Under the pieces are notes generated by a model that was not told the DNA's origin, ran no database searches, and saw only the letters and a program-made list of their open reading frames with translations. Made by a program: the position numbers and the translations under genes. Positions 30,920 through 40,333 of a DNA stretch of 64,000 nucleotides are shown here, piece after piece (the stretch's first letter is position 1; each line of letters starts with the position of its first letter). Source of the DNA: an uncultured delta proteobacterium (GTDB taxonomy: Bacteria > Myxococcota > Myxococcia > SLRQ01); contig CAVSGM010000001.1 of NCBI GenBank assembly GCA_963727485.1, positions 448,001-512,000 of the forward strand, in the 5' to 3' direction.

Positions 30920-32306
30920 GCCAGTCGCGGTACCACAGGGCCATGCCGATGCGCTTGTAGGTCGAGGGGTGGCCGGCAAACCAGTAGTGGACCCAGGCCG
31001 GGGGGTTCACGTCGGCCTGGTTCACCTTGGCCAGCTTGACCTGCATGGTCACGAAGGCCTCGGGGTTCCCGGTGAGGGTCAGGGCCACCTCGTCGGCGTC
31101 CCGCTCCTCGTGGCGGCTGTAGGCGGCGTCGAGGGGCGCGATGACGTTGAAGAGCACGAAGGTCACCAGGAAGAGCAGCGGCAGGGCCCGGATGTCGCCG
31201 GGGCCCGAGAGGCGAAGCGGCCCGGCGAGGCGCCGCAGCAGCCAGGCGAGCAGGCCCATGAGCAAGAAGAGGGCCAGCCCCGAGAGGGCGTAGCGGATCC
31301 ACACGTTGCGGTGGCGCAGGTGGCCGAGCTCGTGGCCCACCACCTCCACCACCTCCGCCGGGGTCATGGCCTTGACCAGGTTGTCGAAGAGGACCAGCTC
31401 CCGGGAGGGGCCGACGCCGGTGAAGTAGGCGTCGAGGGCCTTGGTGGTCCGGCTCGCCTCCACCACCTTCACCGACTTGAGCGAGAGGTGCTCGTGGTCC
31501 ATGAGCCGGTGGATGTCGGCGAGGAGCGCCTGGTTCTTCAGGGGGTGGAAGTCGTAGTAGAGGCGCGACTGGTAGGGCGCCACCAGGCCGTAGGCGAAGA
31601 GGAGGAAGAAGGTGGGGATCCCCAGCGCCAGCCACCAGCCCCGGGGGAGGCGGCGCACCAGCCCGAAGAGGCCGATGACCACGAAGGAGAGCACCACCGC
31701 CCCGAAGAGCTCGCCCTTCACCGCGTCCCAGATCCAGGCGCCGGCGGTGTAGTTCGAGAGGCCCGCGGCCTGGTCCACCGCCTCCGAGGCGACGGAGAAG
31801 GGCAGGTCCACGCAGGTCCCCAGGAGGCTGAAGCCGTAGGCGAAGAGGAGCGCCGAGGCCCAGTCCGCGCCGAAGAGGCGCCGGAGCGCCAGGCCCAGGC
31901 GGCGGGCGAGCCCCCCCTGGAACGCCCGGCGGCCGGCGAGGCGGGCGGCGAGGCGCTTGGAGACCCCGTCGAGCCAGCGGCCCAGGGGGCCCACGAAGAG
32001 GAGGAAGAAGAGCAGGGTGACCGGGAGCTCGGCGACGGTGAGGATCCGGTGCCGCTGGTGGAAGCGCTTCCACCGGGCCATCTGGGCCGGGGTGAAGTAG
32101 CGGGTGAGATCGAAGTCCTCGGTGGACCAGGCGCCGGAAGGCGGGGTCCGGGCCTCGGGGGCGCCGGGGCGGATGCCGCTGGTCGCGGGGAGCGCGGCGG
32201 CGGCCGTGGCGGCGGGCGCGGGCCCACCGGCGCTCGCCCGCCCGGCGAGGACGACCGCCCCGAGGGCGAGCATGGCCACGGCGGCGAGTCGGCGGAGGCG
32301 GGGCAC
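30852..32306 (-). CDS. M48 family (Ste24-like) membrane metalloprotease
   Basis: AYFTGVG, HELGH, SRHEERDAD, HPS motifs. Confidence 0.9.
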   Translation of the reverse strand: MPRLRRLAAVAMLALGAVVLAGRASAGGPAPAATAAAALPATSGIRPGAPEARTPPSGAWSTEDFDLTRYFTPAQMARWKRFHQRHRILTVAELPVTLLFFLLFVGPLGRWLDGVSKRLAARLAGRRAFQGGLARRLGLALRRLFGADWASALLFAYGFSLLGTCVDLPFSVASEAVDQAAGLSNYTAGAWIWDAVKGELFGAVVLSFVVIGLFGLVRRLPRGWWLALGIPTFFLLFAYGLVAPYQSRLYYDFHPLKNQALLADIHRLMDHEHLSLKSVKVVEASRTTKALDAYFTGVGPSRELVLFDNLVKAMTPAEVVEVVGHELGHLRHRNVWIRYALSGLALFLLMGLLAWLLRRLAGPLRLSGPGDIRALPLLFLVTFVLFNVIAPLDAAYSRHEERDADEVALTLTGNPEAFVTMQVKLAKVNQADVNPPAWVHYWFAGHPSTYKRIGMALWYRDWLKAHVPAAPGPASAPRAAAPGG

Positions 32307-32344
32307 CGGGAGACGCTAGCACGCGCCGGACCCGGTCGCGTCGG

Positions 32345-33685
32345 TCAACCGGCGGGTGCCGGCGCCGGGGCGGCCGGGGGGCCGGGATCCCGGGGCGGAG
32401 GCGCCGGGGCCGGCGCCCAGGGCGGGGCCGGGGCACCGGGGGACGCCGAGCCGGGCGCCGCCCCGGCCGCGGACGCCCCGCCGGACGCGGCGGTCGCCTC
32501 GTCGGCGCTGGCCGCCTGCCGGAGCAGGAGCTGCTTCACCCGGTCGAAGCTCGCCTCGACCCGGCTCTTCCAGGCGTCGTCGACGCCCACCCGCTCCACC
32601 GTGGCCCGGGTGCGCTCGTAGGCGGACATCGCCTTCTTCAGGAGCACCTGGATCCGGTCGTGGAGGAGCTTGCGGTAGGCGAGGCGCTCGGCGGGGTCGG
32701 TGAGCGACGCCGGGGGCCGCGCCGCCGAGAGCTGGTCGTAGAGGATCTCGTAGAGCCGCCCCACCCGGTAGCCCGCCGCCGCCGCCCAGTGGGCCTCGCC
32801 CATGCGGATGGTGCGCAGGTAGTGGCCCTGGGCCGAGAGCAGGAGCTCGGCCTTGTGCTCCAGGTCGGCCTTGAGGGCGTCGAGGCCCTCGGTCCCCGGG
32901 TCGAAGGCGGCGTGCTCGAAGCGCAGGCGGTAGAGCTCGCCCAGGTAGAACTGCCCCTGCGCCGCGTAGTAGGGGTCGATGGCGGTGTCGTGCTGGTCCT
33001 TCTCGATGAGGTAGCGGCCCACCGCCCGGCGCAGGGCGGTCTCGGCGGCGTCGTCCCGGTCGCCGTGGAGCAGGCAGATGCCCTTCTGGACCTGGGCCCG
33101 CACGTAGATCTCCGGGGCGTCCTTGGCCCCGTCGGCGATCCGGGTGAGGAGCGCCGCGGCGTGGCCGTAGTCCTCGAGGTGGTAGAGGCACTCGGCCACC
33201 CGGAAGGCGCTGTCCCGCCACAGCTTCCCGGTGGCCGCGTCGAGGAGCGGCCGGTAGGCGTCGAGGGCCCGGAGGTACTCGCCCATCCGCTCCCAGGCGA
33301 GGCCGGCGTCGTAGCGCGCCTCGGGCCCCCGGTCGCTCTCGGGGAAGTCGCCGAGGATCCGGGTGAAGGCCCGGGCGGCCTTCTCGTAGTTCCCGGCGGC
33401 GTAGGCGGCGACCCCGACCTGGAAGAGCTCCTCGGCGTTCATCCCCACCAGCGCCATCTCGGGCTTGCCCCCGGCGCGGACGATCATCGGCCGGAGGTGG
33501 ACGTGGCGGACCTTGGCCTTGGCCGTGGTGGGCTTGCCGGAGAGGTGCGCGCAGCCCCCGAGGCCGGTGGCGAGGGCGAGGGCCCCGGCGAGGACCGCGC
33601 CGGCGCGCCGGCGGATCGGGCGGGGCCGGGGGGCGCCCCCGCGACCCGGGGCCGGTGTGCCCACCACGTCCATGGGCCCGCTCAT
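32345..33685 (-). CDS. TPR lipoprotein (BamD/CpoB-like repeats)
   Basis: Lipobox LGGC followed by multiple TPR repeats. Confidence 0.75.
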   Translation of the reverse strand: MSGPMDVVGTPAPGRGGAPRPRPIRRRAGAVLAGALALATGLGGCAHLSGKPTTAKAKVRHVHLRPMIVRAGGKPEMALVGMNAEELFQVGVAAYAAGNYEKAARAFTRILGDFPESDRGPEARYDAGLAWERMGEYLRALDAYRPLLDAATGKLWRDSAFRVAECLYHLEDYGHAAALLTRIADGAKDAPEIYVRAQVQKGICLLHGDRDDAAETALRRAVGRYLIEKDQHDTAIDPYYAAQGQFYLGELYRLRFEHAAFDPGTEGLDALKADLEHKAELLLSAQGHYLRTIRMGEAHWAAAAGYRVGRLYEILYDQLSAARPPASLTDPAERLAYRKLLHDRIQVLLKKAMSAYERTRATVERVGVDDAWKSRVEASFDRVKQLLLRQAASADEATAASGGASAAGAAPGSASPGAPAPPWAPAPAPPPRDPGPPAAPAPAPAG

Positions 33686-34863
33686 CCGCCGTCAGGTCCG
33701 GTGCCCGGGAGCGCCGCCGCCGGGAGGGCGCCGGTGCCCTCGAAGAGGTAGCCGCCCATCTCGGCGAGGCCCGCCAGGTCGTGGACGTCGCCGCCGAAGA
33801 TCGGCACCGCCCGGAGCAGGGTCGCCGGGTCCAGGGCCTCCCGGAGCGCGCCGATCTGGACCCCGTCGGCGGCGGCGAGGCGGAGCTGCTCGTCGACGGT
33901 TCCGGCGAGGCGGGCGGCGAGGTCGTCCCCGAAGGTCGGCGCCAGGGCCCCGGCCGAGAGGTCGGCGCCGCCGGTGGCCCGGCTCCAGTCGGGGTGGACC
34001 CGGTTGACCACCACCGTCCCCACCGGCATCTCGTTCTGGCGCAGCACCGTGTAGAAGTACCGGGCCTCGTCCATGGTCATTCCGCTGGGGGCGGTGACCA
34101 GGACGAAGGTGGTCTCGGCCGAGCCCAGAAGCGCCTTGACCGCCGCCGCCTGGTCCTTGAAGCCCTCGTACATCCCTCGCATGGTCAGGAGGAACTCGGC
34201 GAGGGCCTGGAGGGTCTCGAGGCCGGTGAACTTGGCGATCTGCCGGGCCACGTAGCCGCCGCCCAGCCCGATGGCCTTCATCCCCAGGCGCCCGGCGGCC
34301 ACCGCCGGGGTGGCGATCCACTTGAGGTTCTCGTTCCCGAAGGCGTCGAGGAGGCGGGTCGGCGCGTCGAGGAAGTCGAGGGCGTGGGCGGTGGGCGGGG
34401 TGTCGAGGACGATGACGTCGAAGTCGGTGCGCTCGTGGAGCTCGGCGAGCTTCTCCATCGCCATGTACTCCTGGCTGCCGGCGAGGACGGTGGAGAAGGT
34501 CTGGTAGAAGCGGTTCTGGAAGATGGTCTCCGCCTGCTCCCGGGTGGCGGCGTGGCGGGAGATCATGTCGTCGCTGGTGCGCTTGATGTCGAGCATCATC
34601 GCGTGGAGCTCGCCCTTGGGCTCGAGCCCCGCCCGGGCGAAGCGCTCGGCGCTGATCCGGGTGGCCACGTTCCCCAGGGTCTCGAGGCCCAGGCTGTTGG
34701 CGAGGCGGCGCGCCGGGTCGATGGTGACCACCAGGGCCCGCTGCCCCTCCAGGGCGGCCCGCACCGCCAGGGAGGCGGCGACGGTGGTCTTGCCCACCCC
34801 CCCGGAGCCCACGCAGACCACCAGGCGCCGGCCCTTGAGGACCCGGTCGAGGGCGTCGCTCAC
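33682..34863 (-). CDS. ArsA/Get3-family ATPase, subunit lacking the signature Lys
   Basis: VGSGGVGKTT, TIDPARRLA, QEYMAMEKL, DTPPT. Confidence 0.88.
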   Translation of the reverse strand: MSDALDRVLKGRRLVVCVGSGGVGKTTVAASLAVRAALEGQRALVVTIDPARRLANSLGLETLGNVATRISAERFARAGLEPKGELHAMMLDIKRTSDDMISRHAATREQAETIFQNRFYQTFSTVLAGSQEYMAMEKLAELHERTDFDVIVLDTPPTAHALDFLDAPTRLLDAFGNENLKWIATPAVAAGRLGMKAIGLGGGYVARQIAKFTGLETLQALAEFLLTMRGMYEGFKDQAAAVKALLGSAETTFVLVTAPSGMTMDEARYFYTVLRQNEMPVGTVVVNRVHPDWSRATGGADLSAGALAPTFGDDLAARLAGTVDEQLRLAAADGVQIGALREALDPATLLRAVPIFGGDVHDLAGLAEMGGYLFEGTGALPAAALPGTGPDGG

Positions 34864-35810
34864 GACGAAGCCTCCGGCCCCGGATCGAGGTGGCCGGCCA
34901 GCTCGCCCACCTGCGCCGGACCCCAGGTGGGGGTGTAGAGCCGGGGCAGGCGCACCAGCGGCAGCTCGGGGATCTCCAGCTCGAGCTTGCGGGCGTAGTG
35001 CTCGCTCATCTCCGCCCGCTCGGCCTGGTGGCGCCCGGCGGCGGCCGCGGCCCCGTCCCGGGTGAGGGTCCCGGCGCCGCCGCTGGGCACGGCCTGAAGG
35101 CGCGTCACCTCCTCGGCGGTGAAGCGCCGGGGGACGAAGCCGTTGAGGAAGAGCGACCCCAGCGGCAGCCCCAGGTCGTCGCGGATCGAGGCGTGGAGCT
35201 CCATGGTCTCGTTGATGGGCATCTCCTCGGGCAGCGACACCAGCTGCACGCTGGTCACCGAGGGGTCGATGAGGGTCCGGTGCATCCGCTCGGCGTCCTC
35301 GCGCATGGGCCCCGGGGGCACCGTGTCCATGATGACCTGGGGCACCCGGAGGAAGCTCAGCCCGTGACCGGTGGCCGGCGCGTCGAGGATGACCAGGTCC
35401 CACCGGGGGCGCCCGCCGTCCTCGGCGACCACCTCGAACCACACCTTGCCCAGCATCACCGTCTCGGCCAGCGAGGGGATCATCCGCAGGAAGGCCCGGA
35501 CCAGGCGGTTCTCGAAGACCGCGTCGTAGATGGTCTGGAACTTCAGCTTCATCAGCCCGTACTCGCGCATGGCCTCCTGGGGCCGGACGTTCACCGAGCT
35601 GATGCCCGGGACCACCTCGCCGACGGTGGTCCCCGGCGCCGGGCCCCCGAGGAGGCCGGGGATGCGCTCCTTGGTGTTGACCTCGCAGACCAGGACCTTC
35701 TTCCCCTGGCGGGCGGCCGCCAGGGCCAGGGCCGCCGAGAGGGTGGACTTGCCCACCCCGCCCTTCCCGGTGACGACGAGCAGGCGCTTGTGGAAGAGGT
35801 CCGTGGCCAC
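34860..35810 (-). CDS. ArsA/Get3-family ATPase
   Basis: TGKGGVGKST, DAPATGH, LPEEMPINET. Confidence 0.88.
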   Translation of the reverse strand: MATDLFHKRLLVVTGKGGVGKSTLSAALALAAARQGKKVLVCEVNTKERIPGLLGGPAPGTTVGEVVPGISSVNVRPQEAMREYGLMKLKFQTIYDAVFENRLVRAFLRMIPSLAETVMLGKVWFEVVAEDGGRPRWDLVILDAPATGHGLSFLRVPQVIMDTVPPGPMREDAERMHRTLIDPSVTSVQLVSLPEEMPINETMELHASIRDDLGLPLGSLFLNGFVPRRFTAEEVTRLQAVPSGGAGTLTRDGAAAAAGRHQAERAEMSEHYARKLELEIPELPLVRLPRLYTPTWGPAQVGELAGHLDPGPEASS

Positions 35811-35817
35811 GTCGAAC

Positions 35818-35846
35818 TCGATAGCGGAGGCCCAGGAGGGGGTCAA
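35818..35846 (-). promoter_or_regulatory. Sigma70-type promoter, probably leaderless, for the ArsA-like pair
   Basis: TTGACC-N17-TATCGA, 7 nt before GTG 35810. Confidence 0.45.
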
Positions 35847-35934
35847 TCGGCGAGGCGGCGGGACCGCCCTTGACGCGCCGCGTTCGCCGTAGGATACCCA
35901 CGCCACCCGGCGCTGCACGCCAAGGGGGACGCCA

Positions 35935-36300
35935 ATGCTCGAGCGAATCAAGGATCTCGGCGAGGACCAGGTGGGGAAGCTGGTGAGCGATCTGCTCAGC
36001 AATGAGCGCTTCATCGGCGCCATGCAGAACGTGATGATGCGCAGCCTGCGCACCCGCGAGCAGCTCGAGGCCATCGCCCGCTTCCTCCTGGGGACGCTGA
36101 ACATCCCCAGCAAGGCCGACCTCGACAAGGTCGCCGACAAGCTGGCCGGCCTCGACGAGCTCCTCGACGACGTCACCGAGAAGCTCGAGGCCATCGAGAA
36201 GCGCCTCCCGGCCGAGGGCGCGGCGAACAAGCCCGCCAAGGGCAAGTCCACGGGTCGCGGCGGGGCCAAGGGCGGCTCCGCCAACGCCGCCGAGGGCTAG
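35935..36300 (+). CDS. Phasin/PHA-granule-associated-like small protein with basic tail
   Basis: LNIPSKADLDKVADKL coiled coil resembles the PhaF/PhaI/PhaE-type C-terminal motif; tail NKPAKGKSTGRGGAKGG. Confidence 0.55.
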   Translation: MLERIKDLGEDQVGKLVSDLLSNERFIGAMQNVMMRSLRTREQLEAIARFLLGTLNIPSKADLDKVADKLAGLDELLDDVTEKLEAIEKRLPAEGAANKPAKGKSTGRGGAKGGSANAAEG

Positions 36301-36307
36301 GCCCGCC

Positions 36308-37114
36308 ATGGCCACCGGGGCCGGCGCCCGCCGCATCGCCTTCATCAACGAGAAGGGCGGCACCTGCAAGACCACCCTGGCGGTCCACACCGCCGCGTGG
36401 CTGGCGGCCCACGATCCCGGGCGGGTGCTCCTCGTCGACCTCGACACCCAGGGCCACGCGGGCAAGAGCCTGGGCATCGACGTCCGGAGCCTCGACCGCA
36501 CCGTCGCCGACCTGATGGTCGACCCGGCCACCGACCCCGCCGAGGCCATCCTCGAGACCGGGATCGCCGGCCTCGATCTCCTCCCGGCGAACAAGCAGGC
36601 CGCCAATCTCCCCGAGCGCCTCGCCGGCCACGCCGACCGGCACCGCCGCCTCCGGCAGGTCATCGACCGGGTCGAGGCCGACCACGCCTATCGCTACGTG
36701 GTCTTCGACTCCCCGCCGTCGCTGGGGCTGACCACCCTCAACGTCATGGTCGCCGCCCACGAGGTGGTGGTCCCGGTGGCGCTGACCTACTTCGCCCTCG
36801 ACGGCTGCGCCGAGATCGTGAGCTCCGTGGAGGGCACCCGGGAGGCCCACGGGCACCCGGACCTCGAGGTCACCCTGGTGGTGCCCACCTTCCACCGGAG
36901 CACCCGGCTGGCCGACGAGGTCCTGGGCAAGCTCCGGGACTACTTCGGGGAGAAGGTCGGGCCGGTGCTCGGGTACAACGTCAAGATCGACGAGGCCCAG
37001 AGCCACGGGCAGACCATCTGGGAGTACGCGCCGTGGTCCCGGGGGGCCCAGATGCTCGAGGCGGTGGCCCGGTCGGTGAAGGCGACGCGGTCGGGGCGCC
37101 CCCCCGCTCCCTAG
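36308..37114 (+). CDS. ParA/Soj family ATPase
   Basis: NEKGGTCKTT, VDLDTQG, FDSPPSLG, NVKIDEAQSHG. Confidence 0.9.
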   Translation: MATGAGARRIAFINEKGGTCKTTLAVHTAAWLAAHDPGRVLLVDLDTQGHAGKSLGIDVRSLDRTVADLMVDPATDPAEAILETGIAGLDLLPANKQAANLPERLAGHADRHRRLRQVIDRVEADHAYRYVVFDSPPSLGLTTLNVMVAAHEVVVPVALTYFALDGCAEIVSSVEGTREAHGHPDLEVTLVVPTFHRSTRLADEVLGKLRDYFGEKVGPVLGYNVKIDEAQSHGQTIWEYAPWSRGAQMLEAVARSVKATRSGRPPAP

Positions 37115-37126
37115 GTAGCCGGGGGC

Positions 37127-37843
37127 TCAGCCGCCGGCGCCGGTCTCGCCGTCGCCGTCGTCCTCGTCGTCGTCGAGGGCGGTGATCTTCTTCTCGATGT
37201 CGTCGAGGCGCGCCCGCAGGCCGATGAGGTCCTTGTGGAGGGCGGGGAGGCCGGTGACGCTCTGGAGGGTGTTCTGGAGCCGGTCGTCGACGTGGCGCTG
37301 CCAGTCCTGGACCCGGAGCTGCCACTGGTCGACGTTCTGCCGGAAGCCCTCGACGAGCTGCTTCAGGTAGGCCCGGGCCTCCTGCTCGGTGGGGGGCTCG
37401 GTGGGGGGCTCCGGCATGGGGATGTCCTGGAGGTCCCGGCGTCCGAACACCTTCTTGGGGATGCGCTCGGCGCCCTCGCGGATGGAGGCGACCCGGGGCT
37501 GGATCTCCCGCTCGAAGAAGTCCTGGAGGGTGCCACCGCCGTTGCGGACGATGTCCCGGAGGACCGCCAGGGGCATCCGCCCGGTCTTCTTCTCCTGCTC
37601 GAAGATGATCTGGGCCAGGGTGACCGAGGTGAGGTCTTCCTTGGTCCGGTTGTCGATGATCCGCACGTCCTCGCCGACGCGGATCATCTCGGCGATCTCC
37701 TCGAGGGTCACGTACCGGCTCTCGACGGTGTCGTAGAGCTTGCGGTTCGTGTACCGCTTGATGATCTTCACCGGGGGGGCTGAGCGGGCCTCAGCGCTGC
37801 TCCCGGCGGGCTTCTTCGCCGGCTCATCCTTGCCCTTGGACAT
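37127..37843 (-). CDS. PHA synthesis regulator, PhaR-type DNA-binding domain protein
   Basis: IIKRYTNRKLYDTVESRYVTL...DNRTKEDLTSVTLAQII; C-terminal coiled coil. Confidence 0.88.
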   Translation of the reverse strand: MSKGKDEPAKKPAGSSAEARSAPPVKIIKRYTNRKLYDTVESRYVTLEEIAEMIRVGEDVRIIDNRTKEDLTSVTLAQIIFEQEKKTGRMPLAVLRDIVRNGGGTLQDFFEREIQPRVASIREGAERIPKKVFGRRDLQDIPMPEPPTEPPTEQEARAYLKQLVEGFRQNVDQWQLRVQDWQRHVDDRLQNTLQSVTGLPALHKDLIGLRARLDDIEKKITALDDDEDDGDGETGAGG

Positions 37844-37888
37844 CCCCTGGAACCTACCCGGTATTGACGCGATGCGCCAGCGGTATTG

Positions 37889-38314
37889 TCACCCGGTCGG
37901 GGGATCGCCGCCGTCCTCGAGCTCGCGGGTGAGGGCCTCGGCGAGCTCGTCGAGGATCGCCTCCCGGGTCGCCCGGGCCTCGGGATCCTGGGGATCTTCC
38001 CGGAGGCGGGCGCCTTCCACCAGGCGCAGGACCGCCTCGAAGGCCTCCCGGCGGGCGGCGGCGGCGCCGGTGGCCGCGGCGGGGCTCGCCGCCGGCGCCA
38101 GGAGGGCCAGGAGGGCCAGGCCCTGCTCCACCCGGGCCAGGGTCTGGTCGAGGGCGAGGCTCGCCGGGTCCGGCGCCGCGTCCCGGGCCGCCAGGGTGCC
38201 CCGGAGGACCTTCACCGCCGACTCCAGGCCGAGGGCCACCTCCCGGCCCGCGGCGCGGAGGTGATCGACCAGGGCGGCGACGGCCTCGGGGGGCAGGAGG
38301 GGGTCGGCTGGCAT
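37889..38314 (-). CDS. Hypothetical helical protein
   Basis: ORF with coding-like GC3 bias. Start uncertain. Confidence 0.5.
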   Translation of the reverse strand: MPADPLLPPEAVAALVDHLRAAGREVALGLESAVKVLRGTLAARDAAPDPASLALDQTLARVEQGLALLALLAPAASPAAATGAAAARREAFEAVLRLVEGARLREDPQDPEARATREAILDELAEALTRELEDGGDPPTG

Positions 38315-38417
38315 CGACGCCGGTGCTAGCACAGCGGCCCGGCGCGGTAAATCGCCCGGATCCCGCCTTGCTTCCGGGCGTTTGGCACCCCGATAATGCC
38401 CAGCGGGTGCCGACCCG

Positions 38418-40333
38418 ATGATCGTCCAGTGCCACGGGTGCAAGACACGGTTCCGCATCGCGGACGACAAGGTCTCGGGACGCGGGGTGCGGGTCCGCTG
38501 CACCCGGTGCGGGGACACCTTCGTGGTCCGGCCCACCGACCCCGGCCCGGCGCCGCCCGCCGCGCCGCCCGCCGCGCCGCCCGCCGCGCCGCCCGGTGCC
38601 GCCTCCGACCCGGGCGCGGTGCCGCTCCCCGCGCCGCCGGCCTCGGCGGGGGACGGGATCGACTTCGACCTCGACGGCCCGCCGGACCCGCCGCCGCCCG
38701 CGGCCGCCGCGGCCCCTCCGGGCGCTTCGGGCGGGGTGGCCGACCTCTTCGGCGACCTCGACCTCGGCGGCGCCGACGGGGGCGCGGCACCCCTGGCGCA
38801 GGGGCGTGCCCCTGGGGGGAGCGCCTTCCCCGCCCCCTCGGAGGCCGACGTGGACGCGGCCCTCGCGGGCCTCGACGGGGGCTTCGGCAGTGACGTCTCC
38901 GCCGCCGACCTCGGCCTCTCCCCGGGCGAGGCCCTGAAGGCCCCTGGGGGGGCCGGAGCCGGCCCGGCGCCGCTCGACCTCGACGACGATCCCTACGACT
39001 TCGGCGCCGGTGGCGCGGCGGCGCCCTCCGGGGATCCGGCGCCGGCGGGCGAGCCCGACCTCTTCGGCGCCGGGGCCTCGGCCCCGGATCCCTTCGGCGC
39101 GGCCGGAGGCGAGCCCGACCCCTTCGGCGCCGGGGCCTCGGCCCCGGATCCCTTCGGCATGGCCGGAGGCGAGCCCGACCCCTTCGGCGCCGGGGCCTCG
39201 GCCCCGGATCCCTTCGGCGCGGCCGGAGGCGAGCCCGACCCCTTCGGCGCCGGGGCCCTCGCCCCGGATCCCCGGAGCCCTCCGGGGCGGGCACCGCGCC
39301 GGACCCGTTCGGTGGCGGCGACGGCGAGGCGGGCGGTGACATGGGCAGCGGCTGGGCCGCCGACGGCCCCCTCGAGCTCGACGGCGCCCCGGCCCCCGAC
39401 GACCCGGCGCCGGACCCCTTCGACCCCGGGGCCTCGGCCCTGGACGCGGGCGCGGGCGCGGCCGACGGGGAGCTCGAGCTGGATCTCGATCTCGGTGGGT
39501 CGCCGGACGCGGCTGCCCCCGCCGCCGGCGCGGCCCCGGAGGCCCTCGGCTTCGGCGACGACGACCCCTTCGCCACCCTCGACGCCGGTGCCGAGCTGGG
39601 CGGTGGCCCCGACCCCGACGGGGCGATGGCCGGCTTCGACCTCGGCGGGCCCCCGGCGGCGAGCTTCCCCGCCGCCTCCGAGGCCGCCTCGATCCCGGCC
39701 CCCGCCGCGCCGCCCCGGCCCCGGGCCCCGGCGGCCGCCCCCGCGGTCCCCCCCGACCCGGCGCCGGCGACGCCCCTGGCCTCGCCGCCCCGCAAGCGCG
39801 GCGGGGTGGCGGTGCTGGCCATCAACGGCCTCTTCGGCCTCGCCCTGGTGGCGCTCCTCCTCGGCGCCTTCGTCGCCTCCCGCACCGGCAGCCGCTTCAC
39901 CCCCTCGGTCTTCACCCCGGCCCGGCTCCGCGCGGCCTTCACCGGGGCCTCGGCGCCGGGCCTGGTGGTCACCCGCTTCTCCAACGGGCTCTACCCCACC
40001 CGCACCGGCGGCCAGGTCCTGGTGGTCAGGGGCGTGGCCACCAACAACGGCGACCAGGCGGCCCGCCCCGGGCGGGTCGAGGTGCGCCTCGTCGGTCCCG
40101 GCGGGAAGGTCGTCGCCTCCACCACCGGGGTGCTCGGGGCCGACCCCAGCGCCGCGGAGGTCTGGCGCCTCGACGGCGACGACGCGGCCCGGGCCCTGGT
40201 CCAGGCCCTGGGCAAGCGCGCCCCGGCGCAGGTGAAGGCCCACGCCCACGTCTCGTTCTTCGCGGTGATCCCCACCTGGCGTGGGGACCTCTCGGAGATG
40301 CGCTTCCAGGTGAAGGTCGAGGGCGCGGGATGA
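38418..40333 (+). CDS. Zinc-ribbon (MJ0042-type)/DUF3426-like membrane protein (frameshift near 39270)
   Basis: MIVQCHGCKTRFRI...VRCTRC; acidic Pro-rich linker; TM helix; periplasmic VVRGVATN domain. One C is missing in a C-run. Confidence 0.8.
39048..39272 (+). repeat. In-frame 60-bp tandem repeat (~3.7 copies, GEPDPFGAGASAPDPFGAAG)
   Basis: Consecutive 60-nt lines are nearly identical. Confidence 0.92.

Noticed and set aside
33682..35810. Arsenite-resistance operon
   Set aside because: No arsB/acr3, arsC, arsD or arsR, and the split asymmetric pair fits the non-arsenic Get3-like clade.
38383..38399. Sigma54 promoter TGGCACCCCGATAATGC
   Set aside because: GG-to-GC spacing is 12, not 10.
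39048..39272. 60-bp periodic repeat as a CRISPR or guide array
   Set aside because: In-frame coding repeat with no unique spacers.
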